This document shows, one piece after another, positions 39,725 to 49,057 of a DNA stretch of 64,000 nt. Position 1 is the first letter of the stretch, and each line of letters begins with the position of its first letter. The notes below the pieces were generated by a model that saw only the letters and a list, made by a program, of their open reading frames with translations, ran no database searches and was not told where the DNA came from. This stretch comes from an uncultured delta proteobacterium (GTDB taxonomy: Bacteria; Desulfobacterota; Desulfobacteria; Desulfobacterales; QNYZ01): contig CAWJQU010000005.1 in assembly GCA_963845145.1 (NCBI GenBank), forward strand, positions 416,001 through 480,000, written 5' to 3'. Made by a program: the position numbers and the translations under genes.

Positions 39725-40723
39725 ATGAAAACCGTCAGCCAGCTACTGGATGACCACTGGTATAAACGCTACCAGCGGATCTCCAAACTCAATATTCGAA
39801 GCTCCATTTACGATGTAACCAACCGATGTAACCTGCGTTGCAAGGGATGTTTTTTTTTCTCATCCGACGAGCATAAAGCCGCACCGGAAGAGATGGATCT
39901 TAGCAAATGGGAAACCTTTATCGATCGGGAAAAAGCGCGCGGGGTCAATCTGGCCATTCTGATTGGTGGCGAGCCGACCTTGTGCCTGGATCGGGTCGAA
40001 GCATTTTATCGGCGTCTGCCAACCTTTTGCGCCACCAATGGGTTGATTAAAATCCCGCGCGAACAGTTTCCACACATGATGTTAGGCATATCCCTCTGGG
40101 GCGACAAGGCCGACGAGAATGTGCTGCGGGGTAAAGATACCTTCAGCATTTCCAGTAAAAACTATGCCGGCGACCCGCATGTGTATTATCTTTATACCAT
40201 CACCCCGCGACAGATCGGACACACCGAAAAGATCATACAAAAAGTCGCCGATGTGGGCCTAAAGGTCCATATGCAGCTGCTGTCCAATGATGAAGGCGTG
40301 GATGGTTTTTCATGGACAGCAGAACAATTGAATGCCATCCGGGTGGAAATGGACCAGATGCTGGATACCTATCCGGAAACCGTTATTTCGTGTAAATACT
40401 ATCATGAAATCATCACCACCGGCCAAATGCTGGGCCGCCGTTTCGGATGGAACGAGTGCCCGTCGGTCACCTTGCCTTTGGATACCCGCGAGCCCCAGCC
40501 GAAACGGCTGATCGAGTTTATCCGATGGGCATCGGACTTAAACACTATGCACCGTTGCTGTACGTCCGAAACCCGGGATTGTTCCACTTGTAAAGATGGT
40601 GCTGCCCACATGAGCTGGGTTATGGTTAATAAACGCGCCCACATCAAAACGACCCAAGATCTGCAAAACTGGATCGAAGTGTACGAAATGTTTGCCAAGC
40701 TCTATCAGTTCATTCCCTGGTAA
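39725..40723 (+). CDS. radical SAM protein, paralog of the upstream gene
   Basis: YDVTNRCNLRCKGCFF, GGEP, ATNG, CCTSETRDCSTC. Confidence 0.88.
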   Translation: MKTVSQLLDDHWYKRYQRISKLNIRSSIYDVTNRCNLRCKGCFFFSSDEHKAAPEEMDLSKWETFIDREKARGVNLAILIGGEPTLCLDRVEAFYRRLPTFCATNGLIKIPREQFPHMMLGISLWGDKADENVLRGKDTFSISSKNYAGDPHVYYLYTITPRQIGHTEKIIQKVADVGLKVHMQLLSNDEGVDGFSWTAEQLNAIRVEMDQMLDTYPETVISCKYYHEIITTGQMLGRRFGWNECPSVTLPLDTREPQPKRLIEFIRWASDLNTMHRCCTSETRDCSTCKDGAAHMSWVMVNKRAHIKTTQDLQNWIEVYEMFAKLYQFIPW

Positions 40724-40729
40724 AAGCGG

Positions 40730-41980
40730 ATGCCTTCAAAAAAAGCCGTCGTTGTCGGATACGATTCGGTCTCACCACTGGGAACGGACACCAACGCCCA
40801 GTGGGCACGGGCCGCGAAGGGCGAAAGTGGTCTTGGAGCGCTCACCCGTTTTGAGCTGACGCCTGAGTTTCCTGTTCGAATCGCCGGTGAAGTGGCCCCT
40901 ATCGATACCGGGCCCTATCCCTTTCTTTCCCCCCGAAAACTAGCCCTCTGGCCGTCACCATTGTTCAAATATGCCCTCTTGGTCGTTCACCGGGCTTTGT
41001 TAAAAAGCGGTATTGAGATCACACCGAGTCTGGCCCCCCGCGTGGCGGTTACTTTCAGCTCGGCCGTGGGCGGTCTGGACGCGATTCTCAATGCCGATCG
41101 GCGCTTGATTGCTCACGATAAGCTACCCCTTCCATACGCGAACCCCAATGGTTGCATCAATATGGTGGGTGGGAAAGTGTCCATTCTAACCGGCGCCACC
41201 GGTCCGATTCTATCCACGGTTACGGCGTGTGCCACCGGCGCCACCTCAGTGGTGATCGGTGCCATGCTGCTTGAATCGGGACAAGCCGATGTGGCCATCT
41301 GCGGGGCAGCGGATTTTGCCATAGTCGAACCCATTGTGGCCGGATTTGCCACCATGAACGCCGCCGTTCAGATGAAACCGGGTGAAGCGGAAATTCCGGC
41401 TGAAAAAGCCAGCCGCCCCTTTTCCATAGACCGACGCGGGTTCGTTATTTCCGAAGGGGCCGGTGCGATTATTCTGACGACGCGCGAATTTGCCCTTGCG
41501 CAAGGCCTCGATTACGCCATCGAGATCGCCGGGTGGGAGATGACATCCGACGCCCATCACTTCGTAGCGCCGCATCTGCCAACAGTCACAAGTTGCATTG
41601 CCGGTAGTATTGACAGGGCCGGCGTGTCCATGCATGATATCGCCTCCGTAAACGCCCATGCCACCGCAACCAAGGTTGGCGACCAGGTGGAATACCAGGC
41701 CCTGCGGGCCGTGTTCGGGGATCGCCTGCCGCCGGTGACGGCCAATAAATCCCTGATCGGACATGCCATGGGAGCGTCCAGCGCCATTGAGTCGATTATG
41801 GCCATGCAAGGCATGCTAAACGATACGATACTTCCGACGGTTAACTACACCCCGGACCCGGCGCTCACTTTTGATCATATCCCGACCACCGCGCGTCGGT
41901 TGAACCAGGAATTCGTATTGAAAAACGCTTTTGGTTTCGGCGGCTGCAATACGTGTATTATTTTTCGAAGGATGAGATGA
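40730..41980 (+). CDS. FabF-type beta-ketoacyl-ACP synthase
   Basis: TACATG, NAHATAT, GHAMG, NAFGFGG. Confidence 0.92.
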   Translation: MPSKKAVVVGYDSVSPLGTDTNAQWARAAKGESGLGALTRFELTPEFPVRIAGEVAPIDTGPYPFLSPRKLALWPSPLFKYALLVVHRALLKSGIEITPSLAPRVAVTFSSAVGGLDAILNADRRLIAHDKLPLPYANPNGCINMVGGKVSILTGATGPILSTVTACATGATSVVIGAMLLESGQADVAICGAADFAIVEPIVAGFATMNAAVQMKPGEAEIPAEKASRPFSIDRRGFVISEGAGAIILTTREFALAQGLDYAIEIAGWEMTSDAHHFVAPHLPTVTSCIAGSIDRAGVSMHDIASVNAHATATKVGDQVEYQALRAVFGDRLPPVTANKSLIGHAMGASSAIESIMAMQGMLNDTILPTVNYTPDPALTFDHIPTTARRLNQEFVLKNAFGFGGCNTCIIFRRMR

Positions 41981-41988
41981 ATTAGTCG

Positions 41989-43257
41989 ATGAAAGCACCG
42001 CTGAACAGACGCGTCTTCGTTGTCGGTTACGGAGCGGCGACGCCATTGGGCAAAACGTTTGATCTGACCTGGAAACGGGCCGTGAGGGGCGATGCCGGCT
42101 TCAGGCGACTGACCCGCTGCCAAACCGAATCACGGGCCAATGTGGTGGGTGAAATCCCCGACTGGGACCCCATGGCCCTAGATTTCATGGATCGCAAAGA
42201 GGCCTACAATTGGAATGCGGATTATGTTTTCCTTACCATGGCTGTTTGCAAAGAGGCGCTTAAAAACGCCGGTCTTGAAATGAATGCCGATACCGGTCCG
42301 CGCACCGCCTGTTTGATCGGCTCGGCCCTAAACGGGACCGATGCCTACCGGGTGGCCATGGACAATTACACGACCAAGGGCCCGTTAAAAGTCAGCCCGT
42401 ATCTGCTTCCCAATCTTTGTGCCAACCTGCCATCCGGTAAAGCCGGCATGCTGCTGGGATTTACCGGCCCGATTTTCTCCCCGGAAGGGGCCTGTGCCTC
42501 AGGAAACCACGCCATTGGGATCGGTGCCCGCATGATTCGAGACGGCGATTGCGATTTTGTGCTGGCCGGTGGGGTGGATACCTGTCTGATCCCTGAAATC
42601 ATTCAAGGGTTTGCCAACATGATGGCCACCATTCGGATCGATCCCAATGACCGCGCCTACCGGGATCCGACCCAGGCGTCGCGCCCTTTCAGCGTCGACC
42701 GGAAGGGAATTGTCCTCTCCGAAGGCGCCGGCGTTGTGGTGCTGGCCGCCGAGGAGATGGTATCGACCTGGGGATTGACGCCCAAAGCCGAAGTGATGGG
42801 TGTCGGCTGGACGTCGGATGCCTACCACTTTACCCTGCCCAATGGCGAGACGATTATTCAGGCCATTAAAGGCGCCATTGACGATGCCGAACTATCGCCG
42901 GCGGATATCGGCCATGTGAATGCCCACGGTACGTCCACCCAAAAGGGCGACCGTATCGAAATCGAATGTCTCCGCACCATATTCGGCGACCGGTTGGAAC
43001 AGATACCCATCTCGGCGAACAAATCGCAGCTGGGGCACTCCCTGGGCGCGTCGGCGGCCATTGAGGCGGCCTTGGGTGTTGAAGCCATGCGACAAGAGCT
43101 GGTGCTGCCGACGGTGAACCATGTTCCCGATCCGGAACTGGCCGATGTGGATGTGGTACCCAATGTCAGTCGCCGACATGCCTACGAATTCTTTTTATCC
43201 AATGCCTTCGGCTTCGGTGGTACGAACTGTTGCATTGTTTTTGGGGGGGTATCATGA
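41989..43257 (+). CDS. FabF-type beta-ketoacyl-ACP synthase
   Basis: GACASG, NAHGTST, GHSLG, NAFGFGG. Confidence 0.92.
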   Translation: MKAPLNRRVFVVGYGAATPLGKTFDLTWKRAVRGDAGFRRLTRCQTESRANVVGEIPDWDPMALDFMDRKEAYNWNADYVFLTMAVCKEALKNAGLEMNADTGPRTACLIGSALNGTDAYRVAMDNYTTKGPLKVSPYLLPNLCANLPSGKAGMLLGFTGPIFSPEGACASGNHAIGIGARMIRDGDCDFVLAGGVDTCLIPEIIQGFANMMATIRIDPNDRAYRDPTQASRPFSVDRKGIVLSEGAGVVVLAAEEMVSTWGLTPKAEVMGVGWTSDAYHFTLPNGETIIQAIKGAIDDAELSPADIGHVNAHGTSTQKGDRIEIECLRTIFGDRLEQIPISANKSQLGHSLGASAAIEAALGVEAMRQELVLPTVNHVPDPELADVDVVPNVSRRHAYEFFLSNAFGFGGTNCCIVFGGVS

Positions 43258-43733
43258 AACCCAAACCGTTTGTTCCCGAGCCACTCAAAGAAAATGATGC
43301 CTATGTACGCGACAAGACCGAGGCCTTAATCTGGCACCGATGCACCCAGCGGGTCCTCTATGTCGATACGGACCGGTCCCAGGTGGTGTATCACGCCAAC
43401 TATCTGCGTTATTTCGAGTTCGGCCGTGCATCGCTCATGCGGGAAGCCGCCTATACTTATAAGCAGATCGAAGAAAGTGGTTATGTCTATCCAATCATTG
43501 AGATGGGGGCAAACTATTACAAACCGCTTTATTACGATGACGCCATGGACATTCATACCCGCCCAACCCGTTTGGAACGCGTGCGCCTGAGATTTGATTA
43601 CGTCATTACCCATCGGGAGAGCCAGGAAATCGCCTGCACAGGTTTCACCCGCCACTGTGCCATTAATTCAAATGGAACGCCGGTGGAGGTGGATAAAAAA
43701 ACGGCCCAACTATGGAAAAATTTTCCAAGCTAA
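43254..43733 (+). CDS. YbgC-like acyl thioesterase
   Basis: RVLYVDTDRSQVVYHANYLRYFEFGR; ATGA overlap. Confidence 0.88.
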   Translation: MKPKPFVPEPLKENDAYVRDKTEALIWHRCTQRVLYVDTDRSQVVYHANYLRYFEFGRASLMREAAYTYKQIEESGYVYPIIEMGANYYKPLYYDDAMDIHTRPTRLERVRLRFDYVITHRESQEIACTGFTRHCAINSNGTPVEVDKKTAQLWKNFPS

Positions 43734-44599
43734 ACGGCCAACCAGGCAGCCGGCTATCCGTGGACATATCGCTGCCCCTTTATCTTCAGGATCACCACTT
43801 CATGGGAAAGGCGGTCTATCCCGCCGTGGAGGCCATGCAAACCCTGGCAAATACCGTGAAGCGAATCCATCCCGATATCGATGCCACGCGGTTGAGGGAC
43901 GTCCGTTTCAACAAGTTCCTTCCGATTCCGCCCGATAAAAGCGCCCTCGCCGTTTTTGTCGACATCACCGCCCATGATGCCGGAACCCTCTCTGCAGCAT
44001 TAAAAACCCGCAAATACTTAAAGACATCGACGATGACACGGCTACTGACCCACGCCACCGCCTCCTTCTCCTTTGGTTCTAAAAATGATGATGGCCTCAG
44101 AGTGCCTCGGGATATGGCAGAGGGCCCGGCAAATGGTGAGCACACGATTTCAGCCGGCCGCATCTATGAGGAGCTGGTTCCTTTCGGGCCGGCCTATCAA
44201 AACCTGATCGATAACCTGATCATCTCTCCTGCGGGTGCGGTGGCCCGAATCAAGGCACCCACAATAGCCTCCCAGGGTCTCCTGGGATCGCCCTTCCCTT
44301 TGGATGCCGCGTTTCAAGCCGCCTGCGTGTGGGGCCAGCACTATGCCGGTTACGTTCCTTTTCCGGTGGAAATTGGCAATCGCGAGGTCGTGATTCCCAC
44401 GATTGAGGGAGAAGCGTACATCGCCCGGATCATTCCGGCACAAGTAACCCCAGATCGGCTCACCGTCGATATATGGCTATACGATGGAAAAGGAGATCTT
44501 CGTGAGACGGCCACCAGCGTTGAGATGCGAGATGTCAGCAACGGTCAATTGAAGCCGCCGGACTGGATCTGCCAAACTGGATCCGTCAAAAAGGGGTGA
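43712..44599 (+). CDS. stand-alone polyketide-synthase dehydratase (double hotdog)
   Basis: LQDHHFMGKAVYPAV (HxxxGxxxxP), IY..FGPAYQ, LDAAFQA (DxxxQ). Confidence 0.8.
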   Translation: MEKFSKLNGQPGSRLSVDISLPLYLQDHHFMGKAVYPAVEAMQTLANTVKRIHPDIDATRLRDVRFNKFLPIPPDKSALAVFVDITAHDAGTLSAALKTRKYLKTSTMTRLLTHATASFSFGSKNDDGLRVPRDMAEGPANGEHTISAGRIYEELVPFGPAYQNLIDNLIISPAGAVARIKAPTIASQGLLGSPFPLDAAFQAACVWGQHYAGYVPFPVEIGNREVVIPTIEGEAYIARIIPAQVTPDRLTVDIWLYDGKGDLRETATSVEMRDVSNGQLKPPDWICQTGSVKKG

Positions 44600-44624
44600 A
44601 ATCAGCACCTTAAAAAAAAGCCGG

Positions 44625-44987
44625 TCAGGCGGACGCACCGGGTGGCGGGTATTTCTCGATCATGACCCTGGCCGCCCAACGAAAAAAAACTTTCACATAG
44701 TCAGCCCCGCCCAGCGCCATACCCAGAATAAACACCAGATACGAAAGCCCGATCGCCAGCGGCCCGCCAATAAAAATGAGCAGCGGTTTTCCCCAAGCCA
44801 CGGCCAACATGCCCAAGGCGCCTACCATCGGCCAGCAAATGACATAAGAAAAGACGAGTAAAAAAATGCCGAAAATCACTTTTGGTGTTGGTATCTGGCA
44901 GAAAGCGCTTAAATCCGCCTTCTCTTCGATGGCCTTGCGGGCAAATTCGGTTCGGGCCAATTTTTTCATGAGAACGGATAAGCGCAT
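44625..44987 (-). CDS. small membrane protein, unknown function
   Basis: 2-3 hydrophobic segments; fills the gap between operons. Confidence 0.65.
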   Translation of the reverse strand: MRLSVLMKKLARTEFARKAIEEKADLSAFCQIPTPKVIFGIFLLVFSYVICWPMVGALGMLAVAWGKPLLIFIGGPLAIGLSYLVFILGMALGGADYVKVFFRWAARVMIEKYPPPGASA

Positions 44988-45128
44988 CGCTCACAGACTC
45001 GTTGATTCTACCCCCCACCGCTTAAATGCCGGTGGGATCATAAATGTTACGATAAACCGCAATCCACTTTCAAGACTTTTACCGCTCTTTTTTTGTTCTT
45101 TTGATCCTTATTATGTTATTTATTCGCC

Positions 45129-48100
45129 ATGACTCTATTTCGCAGACGTGACACGCATAAACAATCCATTCATTGGCGCCGATTACTGCTTGTTTTGTTG
45201 GTGGTGACCGCTCTGTTCGGGGTCGCCCTTTACCGCACCAAAATCGACACCGATATTTTGAGCGTCATGCCCACAGATGATCCGGTTATCGCCGACAGCG
45301 CAGCCATCTTTCGGCATCACCCTATGCAAAACCGTATCGTGATTGATATCTCCGCCAAAGAAAATAACCCGGATAGACTGATAGCCGTGGCCATGCGGGT
45401 GAGTGCGCGTCTTTCGGAAAGCGGTTTGTTTGCCACCGTCGGCAACGAAGCGTTCCAAAAGCTCATGCCGACCCTTTTCAAACATGTGCTCGCCCACCTG
45501 CCGGTGCTTTTTACAGAAAAGGAACTCAATGCCCACATAAAACCACTGCTGCAACCCGATGAGATAAAACAGCGAATACAAGCCAATTATAACCGCCTCT
45601 TAAGCCTTGAAAGCATCGGACAGGCGACAACAATCGTCAAAGACCCCTTAAACTTCAGAGACCTGATCTTATCGAAACTTTCGTCCCTGGTGCCATCCAG
45701 CCAGGCACGAATGCATCGCGGGCACATCCTGTCCATCGACGGCCGCCATCTTCTACTCACCGCCCAACCGCTTGGTTCAAGTACAGACACGTCCGTGGCC
45801 CGCAAAATTGCGACGCTCATGCAACGGGTCAAGCATGAGATAGCAACCGATGAAACCTATTCGAAGGATGGCATTTCCATCACGCCGATGGGTGCCTATC
45901 GGGCGGCTCTGGACAATGAGGAGATAATCCGCAAAGATGTCTTTTTCGCGATCCTCCTGGCTACCATCGGCATCGCCGTTTTGCTGGTATTTGCCTTTCC
46001 TCGCCCATGGATCGGACTGTTGGCCCTCTTACCGGCTGCGGCCGGCACCATGCTGGCTCTATTTGTCTACTCTCTTTTTAATTCTGAAATCTCCATTATG
46101 GTTTTAGGTTTCGGCGGGGCGATTATCTCCATCACCGTTGATCACGGCATCGCCTACCTGCTCTTTTTGGACAGATCTGAAGAAGTAGATGGGCAAGCGG
46201 CCTCCGAAGAAGTCCGCGCCGTCGGCCTGTTGACCGTATTAACCAGCATCGGTGCCTTTACCGTCCTATGTTTCAGCGGGTTTCCGATCTTTGTCCAGCT
46301 GGGCCAATTTTCGGCCCTGGGAATCGGCTTCTCTTTTTTATTCGTCCATACAGTTTTCCCGAAAGTTTTTCCCAAAATGCCGCCCGGCAAGAAACGACCT
46401 TTTAAATTTCAACAATGGGTCGACACCCTGGCGGGGGCCGGTCCAAAAGGGGCCTGGGCGGCTCTGGCCTTTGTTGGCATCATGTGCTTTTTTGCCGTAC
46501 CTCGGTTTGATGTCGGCATGCAGTCCATGAACACCGTGTCGGTAGAGACGCAGTCCGCCGAAAAACGGATTACCGAAATCTGGGGAAACCTCTCCGATAA
46601 AGTCTACTTAATGACCGAAGGCCGCCAGGTCCAGGACTTGCTGGGCCAGGGAGATGAGATTTTAAAGCGCTTGGACCAGGACATGTCCATCGGTGTGTTA
46701 TCTTCAGGGTTTGTGCCGTCGCAATTATTTCCCGGCAAGAATCGCCGCCAGGAAAATTTTGCGGCCTGGAAAATATTCTGGGGTGGAAAAAGGATTCAAA
46801 CAGTCAGCGACCATTTAAAAAATGCCGGTCTGTCGCTGGGATTCGCCGATGATGCGTTCGCACCGTTTTTTGAACTCTTGACGGCGGCCTCTCCGCCCCC
46901 CATGGGTAAATACCTTCCCGCTTCGTTTATCGATTTTATGGGAATTTCCCAGGATCCCGATCAGTCGAAATGGTACCAGGTACTGACCCTGACCACGGGC
47001 CCTGAATATGATGCCACCCGGTTTCGAAATGACTACACGGCTGTAGGCAGTATCTTCGACCCTGCCTACTTTTCCACGGCACTGGGGAACCTGTTGTTCA
47101 ATACTTTCACAAAATTGTTGGTACTGGTGGCCCTTAGCGTGATTATCCTTCTGATACTTTTTTTCCTCGATCTCAAACTGACAATTGCGGCCCTGCTACC
47201 CGTAGCCTTTGCCTTGATCGCCACGGTGGGCACCCTGAACCTCTTGGGGCGGTCCATCGATATTCCGGGGTTGATGCTGTCGGTGGTGGTTTTGGGTATG
47301 GGAATTGATTATTCGCTGTTTTTCGTCCGTTCTCACCAGCGCTACGAAACCGTTGGCCACCCCTCTTTCGGATTGATTCGCATGGCGGTTTTTATGGCCG
47401 CGGTATCAACCCTCATCGGCTTCGGTGTCCTGATTTTCGCCCGCCATACCCTGCTAAAAAGCGCCGGCCTCACATCGTTTCTCGGTATAGGGTACGCCCT
47501 GCTGGGCGCCTTTCTGATACTACCACCGGTATTGACCTATATTCGGCGAGACCGTTCCGCAACATTGCCTGAAGCCGGTGATATCGCCGGTGATATCCCC
47601 GATGATATCGCCGATGATATAAAGACTCGAGTCCTAAACCGATACCGAAAAATGGAAGCGTACCCCCGGCTTTTTGCGCGTTTTAAGATGAAATTCGACC
47701 CCATGTTTAACGAAATAGTCGATACGCTCCATCCGGAAACGGACATCCGCTCTATTATCGATGTGGGCAGTGGCTATGGGGTCCCCGGTAGCTGGTTGCT
47801 GGAACGGTTTCCCAACGCGTTTTTATACGGCATCGAGCCCATGCGAAACCGGGTTCGCATCGCGGCGCGCGCCGTGGGAGAAAGGGGTGTTATCACTGTC
47901 GGTGGTGCACCGAACCTGCCGGAGATACCCCATCCGGTGGATTTGGCGGTGATGCTGGACATGGCTCATTTCTTAGATGATGAGGCGTTGAATCTCGTCT
48001 TACACCGTCTGCACACCAAGGTTAAGCGCGAGGGACGCTTGATCGCGCGGGTTTCGGTCAAACCAAAACGAAAATACCCATGGGTATGGTGGCTGGAGAA

Positions 48101-48248
48101 TACCAAACTTCTCCTCGGCCAACTTCGTGCTTACTATCGCACCCAAGCGCAACTCGAAGCCATGATTGGGCAAGCCGGTTTTCGAATTGAGCATGTTCGT
48201 TTCTCGGGTAAACATCAGGAACTGATCTGGATCGTTGCCGCCGCCTGA
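45129..48248 (+). CDS. MMPL/RND-type lipid exporter fused to a C-terminal SAM methyltransferase
   Basis: Two TM repeats with SITVDHGI and LGMGIDYSLF, STLIGFG; C-terminal FARFKMKFDP, IDVGSGYG. Confidence 0.87.
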   Translation: MTLFRRRDTHKQSIHWRRLLLVLLVVTALFGVALYRTKIDTDILSVMPTDDPVIADSAAIFRHHPMQNRIVIDISAKENNPDRLIAVAMRVSARLSESGLFATVGNEAFQKLMPTLFKHVLAHLPVLFTEKELNAHIKPLLQPDEIKQRIQANYNRLLSLESIGQATTIVKDPLNFRDLILSKLSSLVPSSQARMHRGHILSIDGRHLLLTAQPLGSSTDTSVARKIATLMQRVKHEIATDETYSKDGISITPMGAYRAALDNEEIIRKDVFFAILLATIGIAVLLVFAFPRPWIGLLALLPAAAGTMLALFVYSLFNSEISIMVLGFGGAIISITVDHGIAYLLFLDRSEEVDGQAASEEVRAVGLLTVLTSIGAFTVLCFSGFPIFVQLGQFSALGIGFSFLFVHTVFPKVFPKMPPGKKRPFKFQQWVDTLAGAGPKGAWAALAFVGIMCFFAVPRFDVGMQSMNTVSVETQSAEKRITEIWGNLSDKVYLMTEGRQVQDLLGQGDEILKRLDQDMSIGVLSSGFVPSQLFPGKNRRQENFAAWKIFWGGKRIQTVSDHLKNAGLSLGFADDAFAPFFELLTAASPPPMGKYLPASFIDFMGISQDPDQSKWYQVLTLTTGPEYDATRFRNDYTAVGSIFDPAYFSTALGNLLFNTFTKLLVLVALSVIILLILFFLDLKLTIAALLPVAFALIATVGTLNLLGRSIDIPGLMLSVVVLGMGIDYSLFFVRSHQRYETVGHPSFGLIRMAVFMAAVSTLIGFGVLIFARHTLLKSAGLTSFLGIGYALLGAFLILPPVLTYIRRDRSATLPEAGDIAGDIPDDIADDIKTRVLNRYRKMEAYPRLFARFKMKFDPMFNEIVDTLHPETDIRSIIDVGSGYGVPGSWLLERFPNAFLYGIEPMRNRVRIAARAVGERGVITVGGAPNLPEIPHPVDLAVMLDMAHFLDDEALNLVLHRLHTKVKREGRLIARVSVKPKRKYPWVWWLENTKLLLGQLRAYYRTQAQLEAMIGQAGFRIEHVRFSGKHQELIWIVAAA
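47574..47621 (+). repeat. four 12-bp in-frame tandem repeats in the MMPL-methyltransferase linker
   Basis: GCCGGTGATATC x2, CCCGATGATATC, GCCGATGATATA. Confidence 0.8.
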
Positions 48249-48332
48249 ATGGCGAGAATCGTGAATGGCGAGAAATAAGCCATCGGAGCCTTAATCCTGC
48301 TTGTTCCCAAAGGCAACGGCTACCCTGTCTCA

Positions 48333-48986
48333 TCAGCCGCGCTTCGTATGAAAACGGGTGGTGGTTAACCCTTGAGGGCTTTTTATGACGGAACGTGCGC
48401 CCGCCCCCACCAATTCATCTTGTGTCCCGTACCCCCAAAGGACACCAAACCCATTAACACCGTTTTTTCCGGCCCCCAACATATCATACGAACGATCTCC
48501 AACCATGGCCACATCGGATACAGGTATCGACGCTTCTTTGAGGATATGAGCGATCAGATGCTCTTTATCGCTTCGCGTACCGTCCAGTTCGCTCCCATAA
48601 ACCTGCTTGAAAAAGTGTCGCAATTTAAAATGGTCGATAATCCGCTCGGCATAGATCGTCGGTTTCGATGTGGCGACATAGAGGCAGTGGCCCTTTGTAC
48701 GCAGAACGGTCAACGCTTCGGGAATACCGTCATAGACCTCATTTTCAAACAACCCGACCGCGCCGAACCGCTCACGATAAAACCCCAATGCCCGGCCGAC
48801 GAGCGCCTCGTCATCCGACGCAAGCAGCTTGGCAAAGCTCTCTTTGAGAGGAGGACCGATACACCACGACAATCGCTCAGCCCGCGGCAACGGTCGATCT
48901 AACTTATCGAGCGCATACAAGATGCAATTGGTAATGCCCGGAAACGGATTTGTCAGCGTGCCGTCCAGATCAAATAGCAGGTTCAT
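48333..48986 (-). CDS. HAD-family phosphatase (Gph/5'-nucleotidase-like)
   Basis: FDLDGTL, ATSKP, K, MVGDRSYD. Confidence 0.9.
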   Translation of the reverse strand: MNLLFDLDGTLTNPFPGITNCILYALDKLDRPLPRAERLSWCIGPPLKESFAKLLASDDEALVGRALGFYRERFGAVGLFENEVYDGIPEALTVLRTKGHCLYVATSKPTIYAERIIDHFKLRHFFKQVYGSELDGTRSDKEHLIAHILKEASIPVSDVAMVGDRSYDMLGAGKNGVNGFGVLWGYGTQDELVGAGARSVIKSPQGLTTTRFHTKRG

Positions 48987-49057
48987 GGTTGTTTTACCGA
49001 AAGGGTTGATAATATCAAGCCGAGGTTAATTTCATCTGTTTGGGTCGCAGGTGCCCC

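Noticed and set aside
33882..44599. Calling the cluster a ladderane pathway
   Set aside because: Ladderane genes are not established and similar islands occur in non-ladderane bacteria; only family resemblance can be claimed.
580..48248. Calling it a standard aryl-polyene or flexirubin cluster
   Set aside because: No ammonia-lyase, aryl-CoA/AMP ligase or halogenase in the window, and many extra enzymes are present.
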